Positions 36,865 through 50,165 of a DNA stretch of 64,000 nt are shown piece by piece; position 1 is the first letter of the stretch, and each line of letters opens with the position of its first letter. Under the pieces are notes generated by a model. That model worked only from the letters and a program-made list of their open reading frames with translations. It was not told where the DNA came from and did not search any database. This stretch comes from Octopus sinensis. Its lineage: Eukaryota. The stretch spans positions 11,160,001 to 11,224,000 of the forward strand of contig NC_043020.1 of assembly GCF_006345805.1 (NCBI RefSeq). Direction: 5' to 3'. The position numbers and the translations under genes were made by a program.

Positions 36865-38159
36865 GTGGTTTGAAGTTTATATCTGCTTTTATCTTCCTGT
36901 TTTTGGTTTTTTTTCTTTCAACTTTCACCTTTTTCAGTATACATTTTGCACCATTGTACTGTACAAATGCAGAAAGACACACTACGCCCATATAGTATAT
37001 CACATTATACCACCCTATATAAATTTACAATGGATTGGAAGCACTCCGTCGGTTCCGACGACGAGGGTTCCGGTTGATCCGATCAACAGAACAGCCTGCT
37101 CATGGAATTAGCGTGCAAGTGGCTGAGCACTCCACAGACACGTGTACCCTTAACATAGTTCTCGGGGATATTCAGCGTGACACAGAGAGTGACAAGGCCG
37201 GCCCTTTGCAATACAGGTACAACAGAAACAGGAAGTAAGAGTGAGAGAAAGTTGTGGTGAAAGGGTACAGCATGGATCACCAGCATCCCCTGCCGGAGCC
37301 TTGTGGAGCTTTTAGGTGTTTTCACTCAATAAACACTCACAACGCCTGGTCTGGGAATCGAAACCGCGATCCTATGCCCGCGAGTCCGCTGCCCTAACCA
37401 CTGGGCCATTGCGCTTCCACTATATCACATTATACCACCCTATATAAATTTACAATATCACGTTGTTGGAGCTTTGACATTGGAGGTGGGGGCACCATAT
37501 ATAATTCCAATTAAGGTGGCAAGCTGGCAGAAACGTTAGCACGCCGGGCGAAATGCGTAACCGTATTTCATCTGCCGTTACGTTCTGAGTTCAAATTACG
37601 CCGAGGTCAACTTTGCCTTTCATCCTTTCGGGGTCGATAAATTAAGTACCAGTTACGCACTGGGGGCGATGTAATCGACTTAATCCGTTTGTCCCCTATG
37701 TATTTAGCCCCTTGTGGGTAGTAAAGAAATATATATAATTCCATGCATGAGCCTTACAAATCTTGTACTTCGATACAGCGACGTGGTCCGTCCCGTAAAT
37801 TCCCTTAAGACAACTACTGTGTCCGCCGCGCTACCGTGCCTGATATTGTAAGAAACAAACCGTAGCTCACGGTGTCACCCACGTATACGTGGACGTAGCC
37901 GCGCGGCCGTCGTGAAGTTGATAAAGCGACGTGGTCCAACCCGTCAAACACAGAAAGACACTACGCCCATATAGTATATCACACTATACCACCTTATATA
38001 AATTTACAATATCACGTTGTTGGAGCCTTGGCATTGGAGGTGGGGGCACCATATATAATTTCATGCACGAGCCTTACGTATCTTGTGCTTCATTAAAATA
38101 TGTGTATAAAATAGGTTAAAATGGAGATGTGTAGCATTTTTACATTATATAGGCAAGTG

Positions 38160-38558
38160 AAAATGAAAATGAAAATCAAAATCAAAATCGATCAACATCA
38201 ATGGAAATTGTAGCTGTGATACCAGTGCCGATGGCACGTAAGAGAACCTTCCGAACGTGGCCATTGCCAGCGCTGCCCCGACTGGCCTCCGTGCCGGTGG
38301 CACGTAAAATGCACCATCCGATTGTGGCCACTGCCAGCCACGTCTGGCCCCCGTGCAGGTGGCACATAAAAAGCACCCACTACACTCATGGAGTGGTTGG
38401 CGTTAGGAAGGGCATCCAGCTGTAGAAACACTGCCAGATCAGACTGGAGCCTGGCGCAGCCTTCTGGCTTCCCAGACCCCAGTTGAACCGTCCAACCCAT
38501 GCTAGCATGGAAAACGGACAATGATGATGATGATAATGATGATGATGATGATGATGAT
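38160..38558 (+). mobile_element. GAT-tailed interspersed retroposon family E; other copies about 7170-7730+, 8170-8500-, 21855-22345-, 29040-30050, 33040-33605+, 53700-53870-, 57355-57650-, 57800-58185-
   Basis: Shared GTGCCGGTGGCACGTAAAAAGCAC subrepeats, GGCGTTAGGAAGGGCATCCAGCTGTAGAAA and (GAT)n tail. Confidence 0.8.
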
Positions 38559-39342
38559 GGAGAGACCCCCTTTTGGTTATGAATGACCATGGGATTGCAC
38601 CTAGAAAGTTTCCCTCTGAGGCACAAGTCTGGGTGAGGTTGTTTGTGGAAGACCTGCAATCATCCATGCATATCAGTCTCTCTCTTCTCCATGCTGCCGA
38701 TGTCCAAGTGAAAGGCAAACTCCAATACTGCTTGATATCAGTAACATTGCTACTCGTTTCTACAGTTCTACTTCAACATGCAACATTCCATAAAAGAATT
38801 ATGTTCTCTTGAAGTTCATGAATTCGTATGACTTATAAAACAATTGTTTCCAGGCGCAGGAGTGGCTGTGTGGTAAGTAGCTTGCTAGCCAACCACATGG
38901 TTCCGGGTTCAGTCCCACTGCGTGGCATCTTGGGCAAGTGTCTTCTGCTATAGCCCCGGGCCGACCAATGCCTTGTGAGTGGATTTGGTAGACGGAAACT
39001 GAAAGAAGCCTGTCGTATATATGTATATATGTATGTGTGTGTGTCTGTGTTTGTCCCCCTAGCATTGCTTGACAACCGATGCTGGTGTGTTTACGTCCCC
39101 GTCACTTAGCGGTTCGGCAAAAGAGACCGATAAGTACTGGGCTTACAAAGAATAAGTCCCGGGGTCGATTTGCTCGACTAAAGGCGGTGCTCCAGCATGG
39201 CCGCAGTCAAATGACTGAAACAAGTAAGAGTAAAGAGTATGTGTTTTTGTAGAGCTAAAATGGCTCTTTGATGATGGAATCGGTAAATAAATACTATTTT
39301 TATTTGTCTTTTTTTTCTTCTTTTTCTTTTCCCATTCTTCAG

Positions 39343-39423
39343 GTTGAAACCGAGCAGGAGATTTACGACCAGTTGTTAAATGATATCTCGAATTACTTTA
39401 ATCGGAAAAGACGAACTGCTTAA
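39343..39423 (+). CDS. CPE: CPE-like terminal coding exon VETEQEIYDQLLNDISNYFNRKRRTA*
   Basis: Long polypyrimidine tract plus cag acceptor; phase 0 matches the 36864 donor; TAA at 39421-39423; too short for the ORF track. Confidence 0.8.
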   Translation, partial: VETEQEIYDQLLNDISNYFNRKRRTA

Positions 39424-40601
39424 AAAAAAACCAGACGATGAAAAAATTAAAGAAAAACCCAAAAGAAAAAAGAAGAGAAGAAGAAAGAGAAAATAGCATG
39501 TACATAAAAAAAGAACATCAAAACCAAAGAAAAAAAAACCCTGTAATACCTCCTACCCCACCATCAACATTAGCATTTTAAGTTAAATTAATATTTTAAC
39601 AATTTAGAAAACCAACTAAAGAAATTGTGGAAACCCTAAAAAGTTAGGTGCAATGAGGTATGGAGTGGGGCAGAAAAATAATTTCTTTTAATCAAAATAT
39701 TTTTTATTTAATTTTTTGTTTCATTTGGCACAAAGATCATACATTTTAATTTTTTTAACGAGGGGAAGGGCCTGAGAGCTGGGAAAATTGTGATGTTTTT
39801 ACTGTTTATTCTGACCACCCCACTCTATCCCCCTATATCATCAATCTTCAAAACATGCATTAAGTGTAATGGCTTCAGCTTGGCCAGGATTGAAACCTTG
39901 GTCAGGTCTTTGTGGTTGTGATGTTGTGATGTTCAGCTGGTGGGAGATTTTCTCTCGCTCCACTGAATTCTAACAATGCTCATTACTTGTTCTTTTTAAT
40001 CTAATTTTCCATTAATTAATTAATTAGTAAATTAATAAATTTAGATGTTAATGATATTTCATGATTTGGGGGATGGCTTGGCAGAATTAACAGTGTGTCA
40101 GGCAAAACATCTGGCAATATATAGTAATGAGTCTTTATGTTTTGAGTTCAAATCTCATGAAAGTCAGCTCTGCAGAGATGATAAAATGAAGGACCAGTCA
40201 AAAGTGGGGTCAATTTTATCAACTAAATCCCACTTCCACTAAATGTGAGGCTTTGTGCCTTTGTTAGAAACCAATGTATGATGATAACGATGCTGATAAT
40301 ATCAATTATTATTTACTTTTAATCTGCATATTTGTTACAATCACTGGCCGAGACACACCCAGTGTCCTAGGGCGAGTGAAGGATAAGAGATGTTGCAGTA
40401 TGACTGAAAGCTTGGGGAGGAGAAGTGGCAGGGGGGCAGTAGTGAAATATCTTCATTTAATACAACACATACATATAAACTGATAGGAATATTCTAAGGA
40501 TGTGGGCAGTACTTGTCAGCACAATCTTTTGGATTTCTCTGAGATATGGTTCTCCTGGGATGTTATCTAGATGTTTCTTGACATCCCTTTCTTATCACAC
40601 C

Positions 40602-40644
<43 letters not shown>

Positions 40645-41099
40645 ATAGGCATAAGGCTAGAAATTTTGTGGTGTAGGGAACATTTGATGTTGTTGACCCC
40701 GGTATTTGACTGGTATTTTATTTTACCTACCACAGAAGGATGAAAAGCAAAACTAACTTCAGCAGAATTTGAACTCAGAACATAAAGAACCAAAAGAATA
40801 AGGCAAAATATGTTGTCCTTTGCTCTACTGGTTCTTCCAATCTATACTTAGAAATAATTTTAAGGCAAGCATTAATGATGATGATGATGATTTGTTGGAG
40901 AGGGTCACTTTATTTATTGAACCTCCACCTCTTTGAGGGATGAAAGGCAAAGTCAGCCATAGCAGAATTTGAACTGAGAATGTTCTAAATTTTACAATTA
41001 TCATGAGAGGTGCCACCTAGGGATGATCCAGGAACCCCATCCCTACAGTCATTTTCTTCCCCAGGCACTGTTTGCCCTCTCTTGGGTGTAGCCTGGGTT

Positions 41100-42720
41100 T
41101 CGACCACATTCCTTGAGAAGTATACCTTTAACTGTTGTTAACTATTTATGGGTATCTTTTACACAAACAATCTACCATTTTAAGGTTCTTCCTTTTTTCT
41201 TTTACAACAATATTTATATTTATTTGTCTTCAGCAGTTCAATTAGATTCTCATTAGTTTTTCTAAGAATTGTGAATCGAATTTGAAGCATTCCTGAAGAC
41301 ACAGTGCCCTCCAATATCTACTTATATTTAGATGGGGATCACTCTTTTTTTCAATCCTTATTTTCTCTTTTGTTTTCATTTTTTTTCTGTTTATCTCCAA
41401 ACCCTATCTTCTTTCCATTGCTCCAAAATGATTGGAGATCCTTTAGCCAATTGATGTTCTACATTGTCAGTCCCTAGTGCTGATGGTGATTCTGTCAATT
41501 TCTGATTCTGCTACAACCATCTTGAGTTTAGCATTCAATGATACTTTGGAAGCTGTAGACACCAAAGTATTTCTCTGTTGTTTGTACTTCTGGACCCTAC
41601 CATTGATGCTATTCCTCAATACCTTATTCTTTATTTTATTTTCTTCTCATGGGTAGAAGGTCCTCATAGGGTTTTCATTCCACACAACAACTCAACCTTC
41701 TATCCTGCACTACCACTCTGATTGATCTCATTTCTGCACCTACACTTGCGTCAGAAATTAATTTAGCACTTCTCAAATTTCTACATTAAATAGGTTAAAT
41801 CAATTAACCTATGAGCTGTTCAAAACGTCTTACGCGATGAGAAAACTTAGTATGGTGTGATTTCGGTCCTTGCGAGGCGCTACCTATATCTATTAAACAA
41901 AGGAAGATTTGTCTGCATCCGCACTCCAAGTTGTTGTTGCACTGCTATGTCAACATCATAAGGCTGTAGACTCTCAAACTGCTCTGCAAACAAAGTTACG
42001 TCATCGTTCTGCGCAACAGTGAACTCGCAACAAAGCAATAGTTCGAGATATGGCCACTAGGTGACAGCACATACCTTGAGTGAAGAGCAAATCAAGGGTG
42101 CTAATTAATTTCTGACGGTAGTGTATATTGATGTATTTGCCCAGAATCACCTTGCAGGTTTTAATAATCCTTCTTATTATATTACCTGCAGATCTGTAGA
42201 CTCTACCTGACCACATCTTATTGCAGATAACTTTTGTGCTTAATACTTTCCCACCCTGTCTCAATGTCATTATTAATACCTGGTCAGGACCCCTCATTCC
42301 TTCAGCCCATATACTGCAGTATCATCTCATTGGGAGATGTGCGGTACTTGAGCTCGACCTGCCTTCTCACCTCATCCTCAATCTTAAACACAAATCAGGT
42401 GCATTTGAATGCTCTGTCCTGTTTGGGTGAGGGCATATCCTGCCACTCATCAACCAGGCTTTTCTTGTAGCATCTTTTTACGATTGCATCTGGAAACCTC
42501 TGTTGTTTGCAAAAAACAGAAGTTTCTCATTTGATTCTTGTCCTTTTCTGGATAAATTCTTCAACTAGATGGCACTCTTTCTGGTGACGTATCTCATTCA
42601 CAATGTCTATTTTTCCTGGCGCTACTTCATATCCAACACCTCTCTGTGACTTGCGACACTAGCAAAAGATACTCCTTGGGTGATATTGGCTGGTAGTACT
42701 TTCATTACTATTTATACTTT
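41100..42720 (-). pseudogene. Highly decayed coding sequence, possibly the N-terminal region of an R4-like LINE
   Basis: Long, few-stop stretches in changing frames; frame is restored across the Tc1-like insertion; family assignment tentative. Confidence 0.35.
41743..42123 (-). mobile_element. Tc1-like non-autonomous element
   Basis: About 27-bp TIR cact..cgtcagaaattaa(t)tagcac, TA duplication on both sides, degenerate Tc1-like ...PY* end. Confidence 0.75.
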
Positions 42721-43361
42721 TTTCTTTTTATTTATTTAAATTAACATTTTCAACATAATTTTTTTTCCATTCTGTTACTATAATTGTTTGAGCTTGAAGT
42801 ACTGTCTCTTTAATTCAAGTTATTGTTATTATTTTTTTCTTTTTTTGTAAATCTGATTCTGTTTTGATACAAAATTTTAGGAGTTTTGTTTCTTACTTTT
42901 ACTTTTGCTACAACACTGTTGTACTAAATACTCTCTTGTATTAACATTCATATGACCTTATTAAAGCACAAACAACAATGCAAACGACAACCTGCCAAAC
43001 ATGCTCACGCACACAAACATCTGTACGTGTAATATATGCATTTAAAGAGATTTGTTTTGTAAGGCCATAAAATGTGAGAATGTATCAAGTAAACTACAAA
43101 AGGAATAGCTATGAAACGTGTAGTTTTTGTTTACTTTTTACACTCCTTGCATTCTTACATATATTGATATATTGGTATGAACAGGAAAAATGTATATGTA
43201 TATTTTTATTGATATTTAGTAGAAGTAACAGAGTGTATTTTAATATTTCACTTAGGCATAGTGAGACTAAACCTATAGCTAACAAAATTCATTACATAAC
43301 ATTTGGTTTTTATAGTGCTATTTCTTTGTTTTCTATACATATAATAGAGATAGATAGACAG

Positions 43362-43406
<45 letters not shown>

Positions 43407-43655
43407 TATATATATACCCTTACTCTTTTTTTACTCTTTTACTTGTTTCAGTCATTTGACTGTGGCCATGCGGGAGCACCGCCTTTAGTCGAGCAAATCA
43501 ACCCCAGGACTTATTCTTTGTAAGCCTAGTACTTATTCTATCGGCCTCTTTTGCCGAACCGCTAAGTTACGGGGACATAAACACACCAGCATCGGTTGTC
43601 AAGCAATGTTCGGGGGGACAAACACAAACACACAAACATATACACACACACATAC

Positions 43656-43706
<51 letters not shown>

Positions 43707-43881
43707 CATAAATATATACGACAGGCTTCTTTCAGTTTCCATCTACCAAATCCATTCACAAGGCTTTGGTTGGCCTGAGGCTATAGTAGAAGACACTTGC
43801 CCAAGGTGCCATGCAGTGGGACTGAACCCGGAACCATGTAGTTAGTAAACAAGCTACTTACCACACAGCCACTCCTATGCC

Positions 43882-43913
<32 letters not shown>

Positions 43914-45676
43914 TAAGATAGATAGAAAGAAAGGAAGAAATGCATATATATGAGCACAACTCTCACACAGAGTTAAAGAAAAAAAAAGTTCATGACAAAC
44001 CTTCCTTCCAACCTGGAATTAGTTGAAGTTTTTGTTAATTTTTGTTAATTTGAGTCTTATATTAATATTCTGATGTGAAAATAGAAAACAAGCAAACAGG
44101 TTTTTTCTCTCTCCTCCATTGATAACCCAGAGAACAACAAAGAAAATTCTGTAAAAAAAGCGTATGTTTATGTAAACATTTCAGATCAATAACAACAACA
44201 ACAACAACAATAACAATTATAAAATTAGTGATGATGGTTTAATTAGATTCACTTGCAGTATTTAGCCAAGTCTTGTATGTTCGGTGTTCAAATCCCAGGG
44301 AGATCAACTTTGCTTTTCATCCTTTCAGAGTCAATAAAATAAGTATCAGTTATATACTGGGGGTTCATTGAATCAACTCTACTTACACATTTTCCCCACC
44401 AAATATTTGATTATTGTTTATTTATTTATTTATTTAATTATTTGTAATTAACATCTTCATAATGAATATAAATACATAAAAATGATTTTAACCGAAATAA
44501 CATATTTTAATTAATCTTTTAAACAAATTAAATTAGTTGGGGAGTGAAATTGTTGTGGCTCTTTTTTTTTAGTTTTTTTTCTTTATAAACTTTATTATCA
44601 TTTTTAAATATTTTTTTCTATTTTTTGTCTGTATTTTTCTTTTATTTTTCCTATTCTGTTTTTGTCATTTTTTCCCAGTTCTTTTTGTTTTTGTGTTCTT
44701 GTAGTCCCCACTCCATCCCCACCCCAACTTATTCAATCTTCTGATCTCTTTTTTCTTCTTTGTTTTATTTTATTTTATTTTTTTTATCCCTTTTTTACAT
44801 GTTTTTCTTTTTTTTTTGATATATTTCTTTTTCAAATTTTCAGTAAATTGTGATATTTTTCTTCTCTCCCTCTCCCTCTCTATCTCCGTCTCCCCCCTCT
44901 CTCTCTCTCCATCTCCCTCTCTCTCTCTCTCTCTCCCTCTCAACCTCCTCCCTCTCTCTCTCTTGTAAGAGCATCTTTCTACTTTTGACATTCCCCCATT
45001 CAACAATCTAACCTCTTATTTATTTATTTATTTATTTCACTCTAAATTAATATCAGCCTAAAATTAAGCATCTGATTACCATAATTTTGATGGCATAAAA
45101 GACACACAACATGACCGCAGTCTGAAACAAATATTATCAAAGGATATTTGATGCCCTCGAGATTCAGCTGCATATATTCAAGAAAAAAAATAAAGTTTTT
45201 AGTACATTAAAACATGTAACATAGACCTGACTTTACATAGAGGGCCCAAGGTGAAGTTTTGAGATATTTTTTTGAGAAGAAAATGTGTGTCTTGTATGCC
45301 AGCCAAATATGGCAAATATCCTTAGTGTCATTTTTCTATTTCTATTACTCTCGGACAAATCATTATTCAGTATTAAGTTGGGGACCCATAGGTCTGAGTT
45401 TCAAAACTTGACAAGATCAGTTTTGTCCTTCATTCTTTCATCTATTGAGTTGATTCAATCAACTGCAGTCCTCCCCCCCCCATTTGTGACTCTTTGCGTC
45501 AAACACATTGACCTCTAATGTCTTGAGCCCTTGTGGCCAATGAAAAAATCATTTGCTAAGGTCAGCATAGTATTTTGTCCTTTCAGAGCAATAAAATAAA
45601 GTCCCGGTTGGGTACTAAGTTTGGTGGTATTGACAAAATCCACCTTTAAAATTACTGGCCTTGTGCCAAAAGTAGA

Positions 45677-45713
<37 letters not shown>

Positions 45714-45876
45714 TAGTTTTATTTTTATAGCGTGCTTTCACTTCACTACCAAGCGCAGCTCTGTGTGCCTTGGGTATGTGCTGTGATTTGTTGTGATGCT
45801 CTGATGGTTATTGTATGGAAAGTGTTCTGCGTAGGATGTGTGCAGTGCCTAGTAGTGCAATTTTCTGTATGTTATA

Positions 45877-45909
<33 letters not shown>

Positions 45910-46376
45910 GCTAGTGAACTAGCAGAACCACTACTGTATCAGATAAAATGTTTAGTGACATATTTTCTGGATGTTACATTCTGAGTTCAAAATGCTGCTG
46001 AGGTTGACTTCGCCTTTCATTTTTCAGGGTTTAGAAAATAAGTACCAGTTGAGCAGGGGTGGCCTTGTGCTAAAATCAGAAACCACCACCACCATCATCA
46101 TCATTATTATTATTATATTATTATTATTATTATTATTATTATGAAGGTGGTGAGCTGGCAGAATCATTAACACCCCAGGTGAAATGCTTAGCGATATTTC
46201 CTCTGCCGCTTTGTTCTGAGTTCAAATTCCACCAAGGTAAACTTCGCCATTCAAGGCTGATAAATTAAGTGCCAATGAAACACTGAGTTCGATTTGATTG
46301 ACTATCCCCCTCTCCTATATTTCAGGCCTTGTGCCTTTAGTAGAAAGGATTATTATTATTATTATTATTATTATGA

Positions 46377-46612
46377 AGGCGGCGAGCTGGCAGAATTGTT
46401 AGCACGCCGGGCGGGATGCTTAGCGGTATTTCGTCTGCTGTTATGTTCTGAGTTCAAATTCCGCTGAGGTCGACTTTGCCTTTCATCCTTTCGGGGTCGA
46501 TTAAATAAGTACCAGCTACGCACTGGGGTCGATGTAATCGATTTAATCCATTTATCTGTCCTTGTTTGTCCTCTCTGTGCTTAGCCCCTTGTGGGTAGTA
46601 AAGAAATAGGTA
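46377..46612 (+). mobile_element. tRNA-derived SINE family B (Deu/Nin-like central domain); other copies about 9349-9576-, 9940-10170+, 16765-17160-, 17990-18208-, 24221-24620-, 37515-37732+, 48600-48830+, 52585-52795-, 53045-53260+, 58330-58560+
   Basis: Dispersed copies sharing GTCGACTTTGCCTTTCATCCTTTCGGGGTCGATAAATTAAGTACCAG. Confidence 0.85.
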
Positions 46613-46945
46613 TTTCGCCCCTTTGCTATGTTTTGAGTTCAAATTCTGCCAAGGTCAACTTTGCCTTTCATCTTTTCAGAGTGATAAATTAAGTACCAGT
46701 GAAGTACTGGAGTCATTGTGATTGAGTTACCCACTCTTCACAAGTTTCGGGCCTTGTGGCTATTGTAGAAATAATTATTTTTATTATTATTATTAGGGCA
46801 GTAAAATGGTGTGTTGTGTAAAATATTTTCTGGTACTTAGTTACATTCCTTTTTTTGTTCCTTATGTATTCTAATCTCATCAAGATGCACCAAAGCTTTT
46901 TGTGCTCCCTGTTCCAATAAAATAAAACAATAATATTAGAATCAA

Positions 46946-47522
46946 CTAGCAGTATCGCCCGGTGTTGCTTGGGTTTGTTTCGACCCTTTAGAATTGGAAT
47001 TTTTGAAAAGTATCTGTGTTGTTAACCACAAACTGTAGTAGATTAGAGCAGTTTAAAAAGCGGCCGATTACCGTGTTCACATGATAGCAATTATGATGAT
47101 ATGGACAAAACTGGTTTTTATTTATTTACTAGCAGTATCGCCCAGTGTTGCTCGGGCTTGTTTTCTTTTCGACCCTTTAGAATTGAAATTTTTGAAAAGT
47201 AAAAATTTTGAATTATGTAGCTTGTTATTCTCTTTAAATGAACATTTTTCTGGTTGAAATACACCGAAAAATGGCGACACAGCAGTCAAAAAATCGTTAA
47301 AAATAGAGATTTTGATAGAAAAAAAGCACCTTTTTGAAGCAAATAATTTTTGGTGTTAAAATGGTCTGATTTGAATTTTTTCTTCTACGGAAGGAAGAGC
47401 AAGCCTTCTTCTATCATACTCTCAATTTTGGTCAACTTGCGACACAGGGCCTTGGAGGAGATAGTGTTAGTTGAAGGCTACCAAACCTGCCATACACAGA
47501 CAATTTCAACTTTATATATAGA
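46946..47522 (-). mobile_element. Helitron third variant (47129-47522) plus an extra 3'-end fragment at 46946
   Basis: Two CTAG-cagtatcgccc termini; TC 5' end at 47522. Confidence 0.7.
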
Positions 47523-48111
47523 TTTATGATATTCTACACACATTTTAATACTACTAATAACTAACTTTATATTAAAAGTACATCTACTTTAGCTCTTATA
47601 ATTACAAATCAGTTCGTTGGTCTTATTCTGCTACATACAATTTCCCCTCTTAGACTTGTCTAGACATTTCTGCAGCCACTTGAGAAAATTCCTTCAATTT
47701 TTTTTTTTTTTTCCCCATTTCTTAGAATATCTGCTGTCTAAACATTTTCTTCACTAGTTCCTCCTTTCACTCTCTGCTGCATGAACTCTTTCTCCATTAG
47801 TTTCTCCTTTCACTTCCAATATATCTGCTGCCGTTTTCTAAATATATTCTAGTCATTATGTACTTTAGTTCCATTCCCATGTTCTTTCTCTTCCTACACC
47901 TCTAACCTATTAAGCATCTCTCCAAGTGGAAGAACTACTATAGTATTACTGTCTGGTTATTCTTCTCAAAGTCTGTTGCTCAAAGAAACATGATTCGCTT
48001 CTCTCTGTTGATGCTCAGTAATTTTCCTCTTATTTATCTTAATGTCTCTCCTTCACTCAGTGTTCTTCCTTGCTTTAGCTTCCTCTCATTTCTTCTTTCT
48101 TTCAATATTCC

Positions 48112-48360
48112 TTTCCTTCTTCTTCTTCTTCTTCTTCTTCTTCTCCTTCTTTTTCTACTTCTTCTCCTTCTTTTTCTACTTCTTCTTCTTCTTCTCCTTC
48201 TTCTTCTCCTTCTTCTTCTTCTCCTCCTCCTCCTTCTTCTCCTCCTTCTCCTTCTCCTTCTTCTCCTCCTCCTTCTTCTCCTCCTCCTCCTCCTTCTTCT
48301 TCTTCTCCTCCGTCCCCTCCTCCTCCTCCTTCTTCTTATTCTTCTCCTCTTCTCTTCCTC
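48112..48360. repeat. (CTT/CCT)n microsatellite
   Basis: Direct inspection. Confidence 0.95.
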
Positions 48361-49001
48361 CCTTCCTCCCCTCTAATTTTCTTTTATAAACAAACCCTCA
48401 ATTTTTTCATTTTCCTATTTAAAATTATGACTGGAAATATTGTTTCTTTTCTTTAGTTGCTGTTAATGCATACATACAAACACACACAGGCATACATAAA
48501 CACACATACACAACTCTATACATGTATGTCCATACATGCATACATACATACATATATACATGCATGCATACATATATACATGAATACATATATACATGAA
48601 GGTGGGGAGCTGGCAGAAGCATTAGCACGCCGGGTGAAATGCTTAGCGGTATTTTGTCTGCCATTACGTTCTGAGTTCAAATTCCGCTGAGGTCGACTTT
48701 GCTTTCATCTTTCGGGGTCGATAAATTAAGTACCAGTTACGTACTGGGGTCGATGTAATTGACTTAGCACCTTTGTCTGCCCTTGTTTGTCCCCTCTATG
48801 TTTAGTCCCTTGTGGGCAATAAAGAAATAACATATATACATGCATACACACACACACACGCATGCACACATACACACACACAATTTTCATGAAGCATTGT
48901 TTTATATATATATTTAATGTAGGATAAAATTTTTTTTCAAAAAAATTTTATCAATGGCCAGCATATTAAAAAAATACCTTTAAAGGTTAAAATTATAAAC
49001 A

Positions 49002-49313
49002 ACTTATAAATAAGGGCAAACGAAAAAATTTCTCATGCCAAATATGCCGAAATTGGACATATTGTCCATAACCATATAATTTTTCACAATACGTACACTA
49101 CTCGAAAAAAGGTCGACAGAAATTTCTAAAAAATTCCATTATTACCATGGTAATTTCTAAAAAATTCCATTATTACTGTGGTAATAATGGAATTTTTTTA
49201 GAAATTTCTGTCGAGTAGCGTGCGTATTGTGAAAAATTATATGGTTATGGACAATATGTCCAATTTTGGCATACTTGGCATCAGAAATTTTTTCGTTTGC
49301 CCTTATTTATAAG

Positions 49314-49315
<2 letters not shown>
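49002..49315. repeat. Foldback palindrome, about 310 bp
   Basis: aacttataaataagggcaaacgaaaaaatttct... arms nearly perfectly inverted. Confidence 0.9.
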
Positions 49316-49348
<33 letters not shown>

Positions 49349-49780
49349 TAAAATATTTATTTTTAAAGCTATAATAATGCAGGTTGTAAAATATTAACAC
49401 AGGTCAACAGTTCACTATCACCAAGTTTTACAACCACTTCTTCAGAAGATTTACAGATGAAAGATGTTGATAGCTGATTCCTCTACTGTATAGTGTCAGC
49501 TATCAACACCTTTTTCTCTGTCCAATTCCTGAAGAAGAGGTCATAACCTTGAAATTTTGAAATACCAGCCGATAGCATTATCCATTGACCTGTATTAGTA
49601 ATTGCATTGTTTTAACTTTGAAAAAAAAAATATTTAAAACATTTAAACACACACACACACACAAATGTGCAGATATACATAAACCCACTTTCATCTATGT
49701 ATACCTGTGTAAGAAACACATACATGCAAGTGTGCATTCACAAATATACAGATGCATCTGTAAGTACAAATATACACACA

Positions 49781-49881
<101 letters not shown>

Positions 49882-50165
49882 TCTGTGCACATACTAGCTA
49901 AAAATAGCATGAATTTCCTTAAATTTAATGAGATTTAAATTTAAATTAACTCGTATAATTTTAGTATAATGTATGTTACTGAATTATTGTCTAGACTATA
50001 GAATACCCCCTTCTATATTGCCTCACACTATTGGATTCTATGTTGTCAGTTATGGTTCTATACAGAAGACCATTTGCACATAATAAATAGTTTTATCTAT
50101 TTACTCCAAAATCAGAAATATTAAATTTCTAAATCTCTCATAGAGATATGTACGGTGGTGGGGCG

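Noticed and set aside
39424-41000. Defined CPE poly(A) site or 3' UTR end
   Set aside because: Several AATAAA-like hexamers in AT-rich DNA; cannot choose among them without transcript data.
42001-42297. 98-aa ORF as an independent gene
   Set aside because: It spans the boundary of the Tc1-like insert and is a chimera of fossil ORF and TIR sequence.
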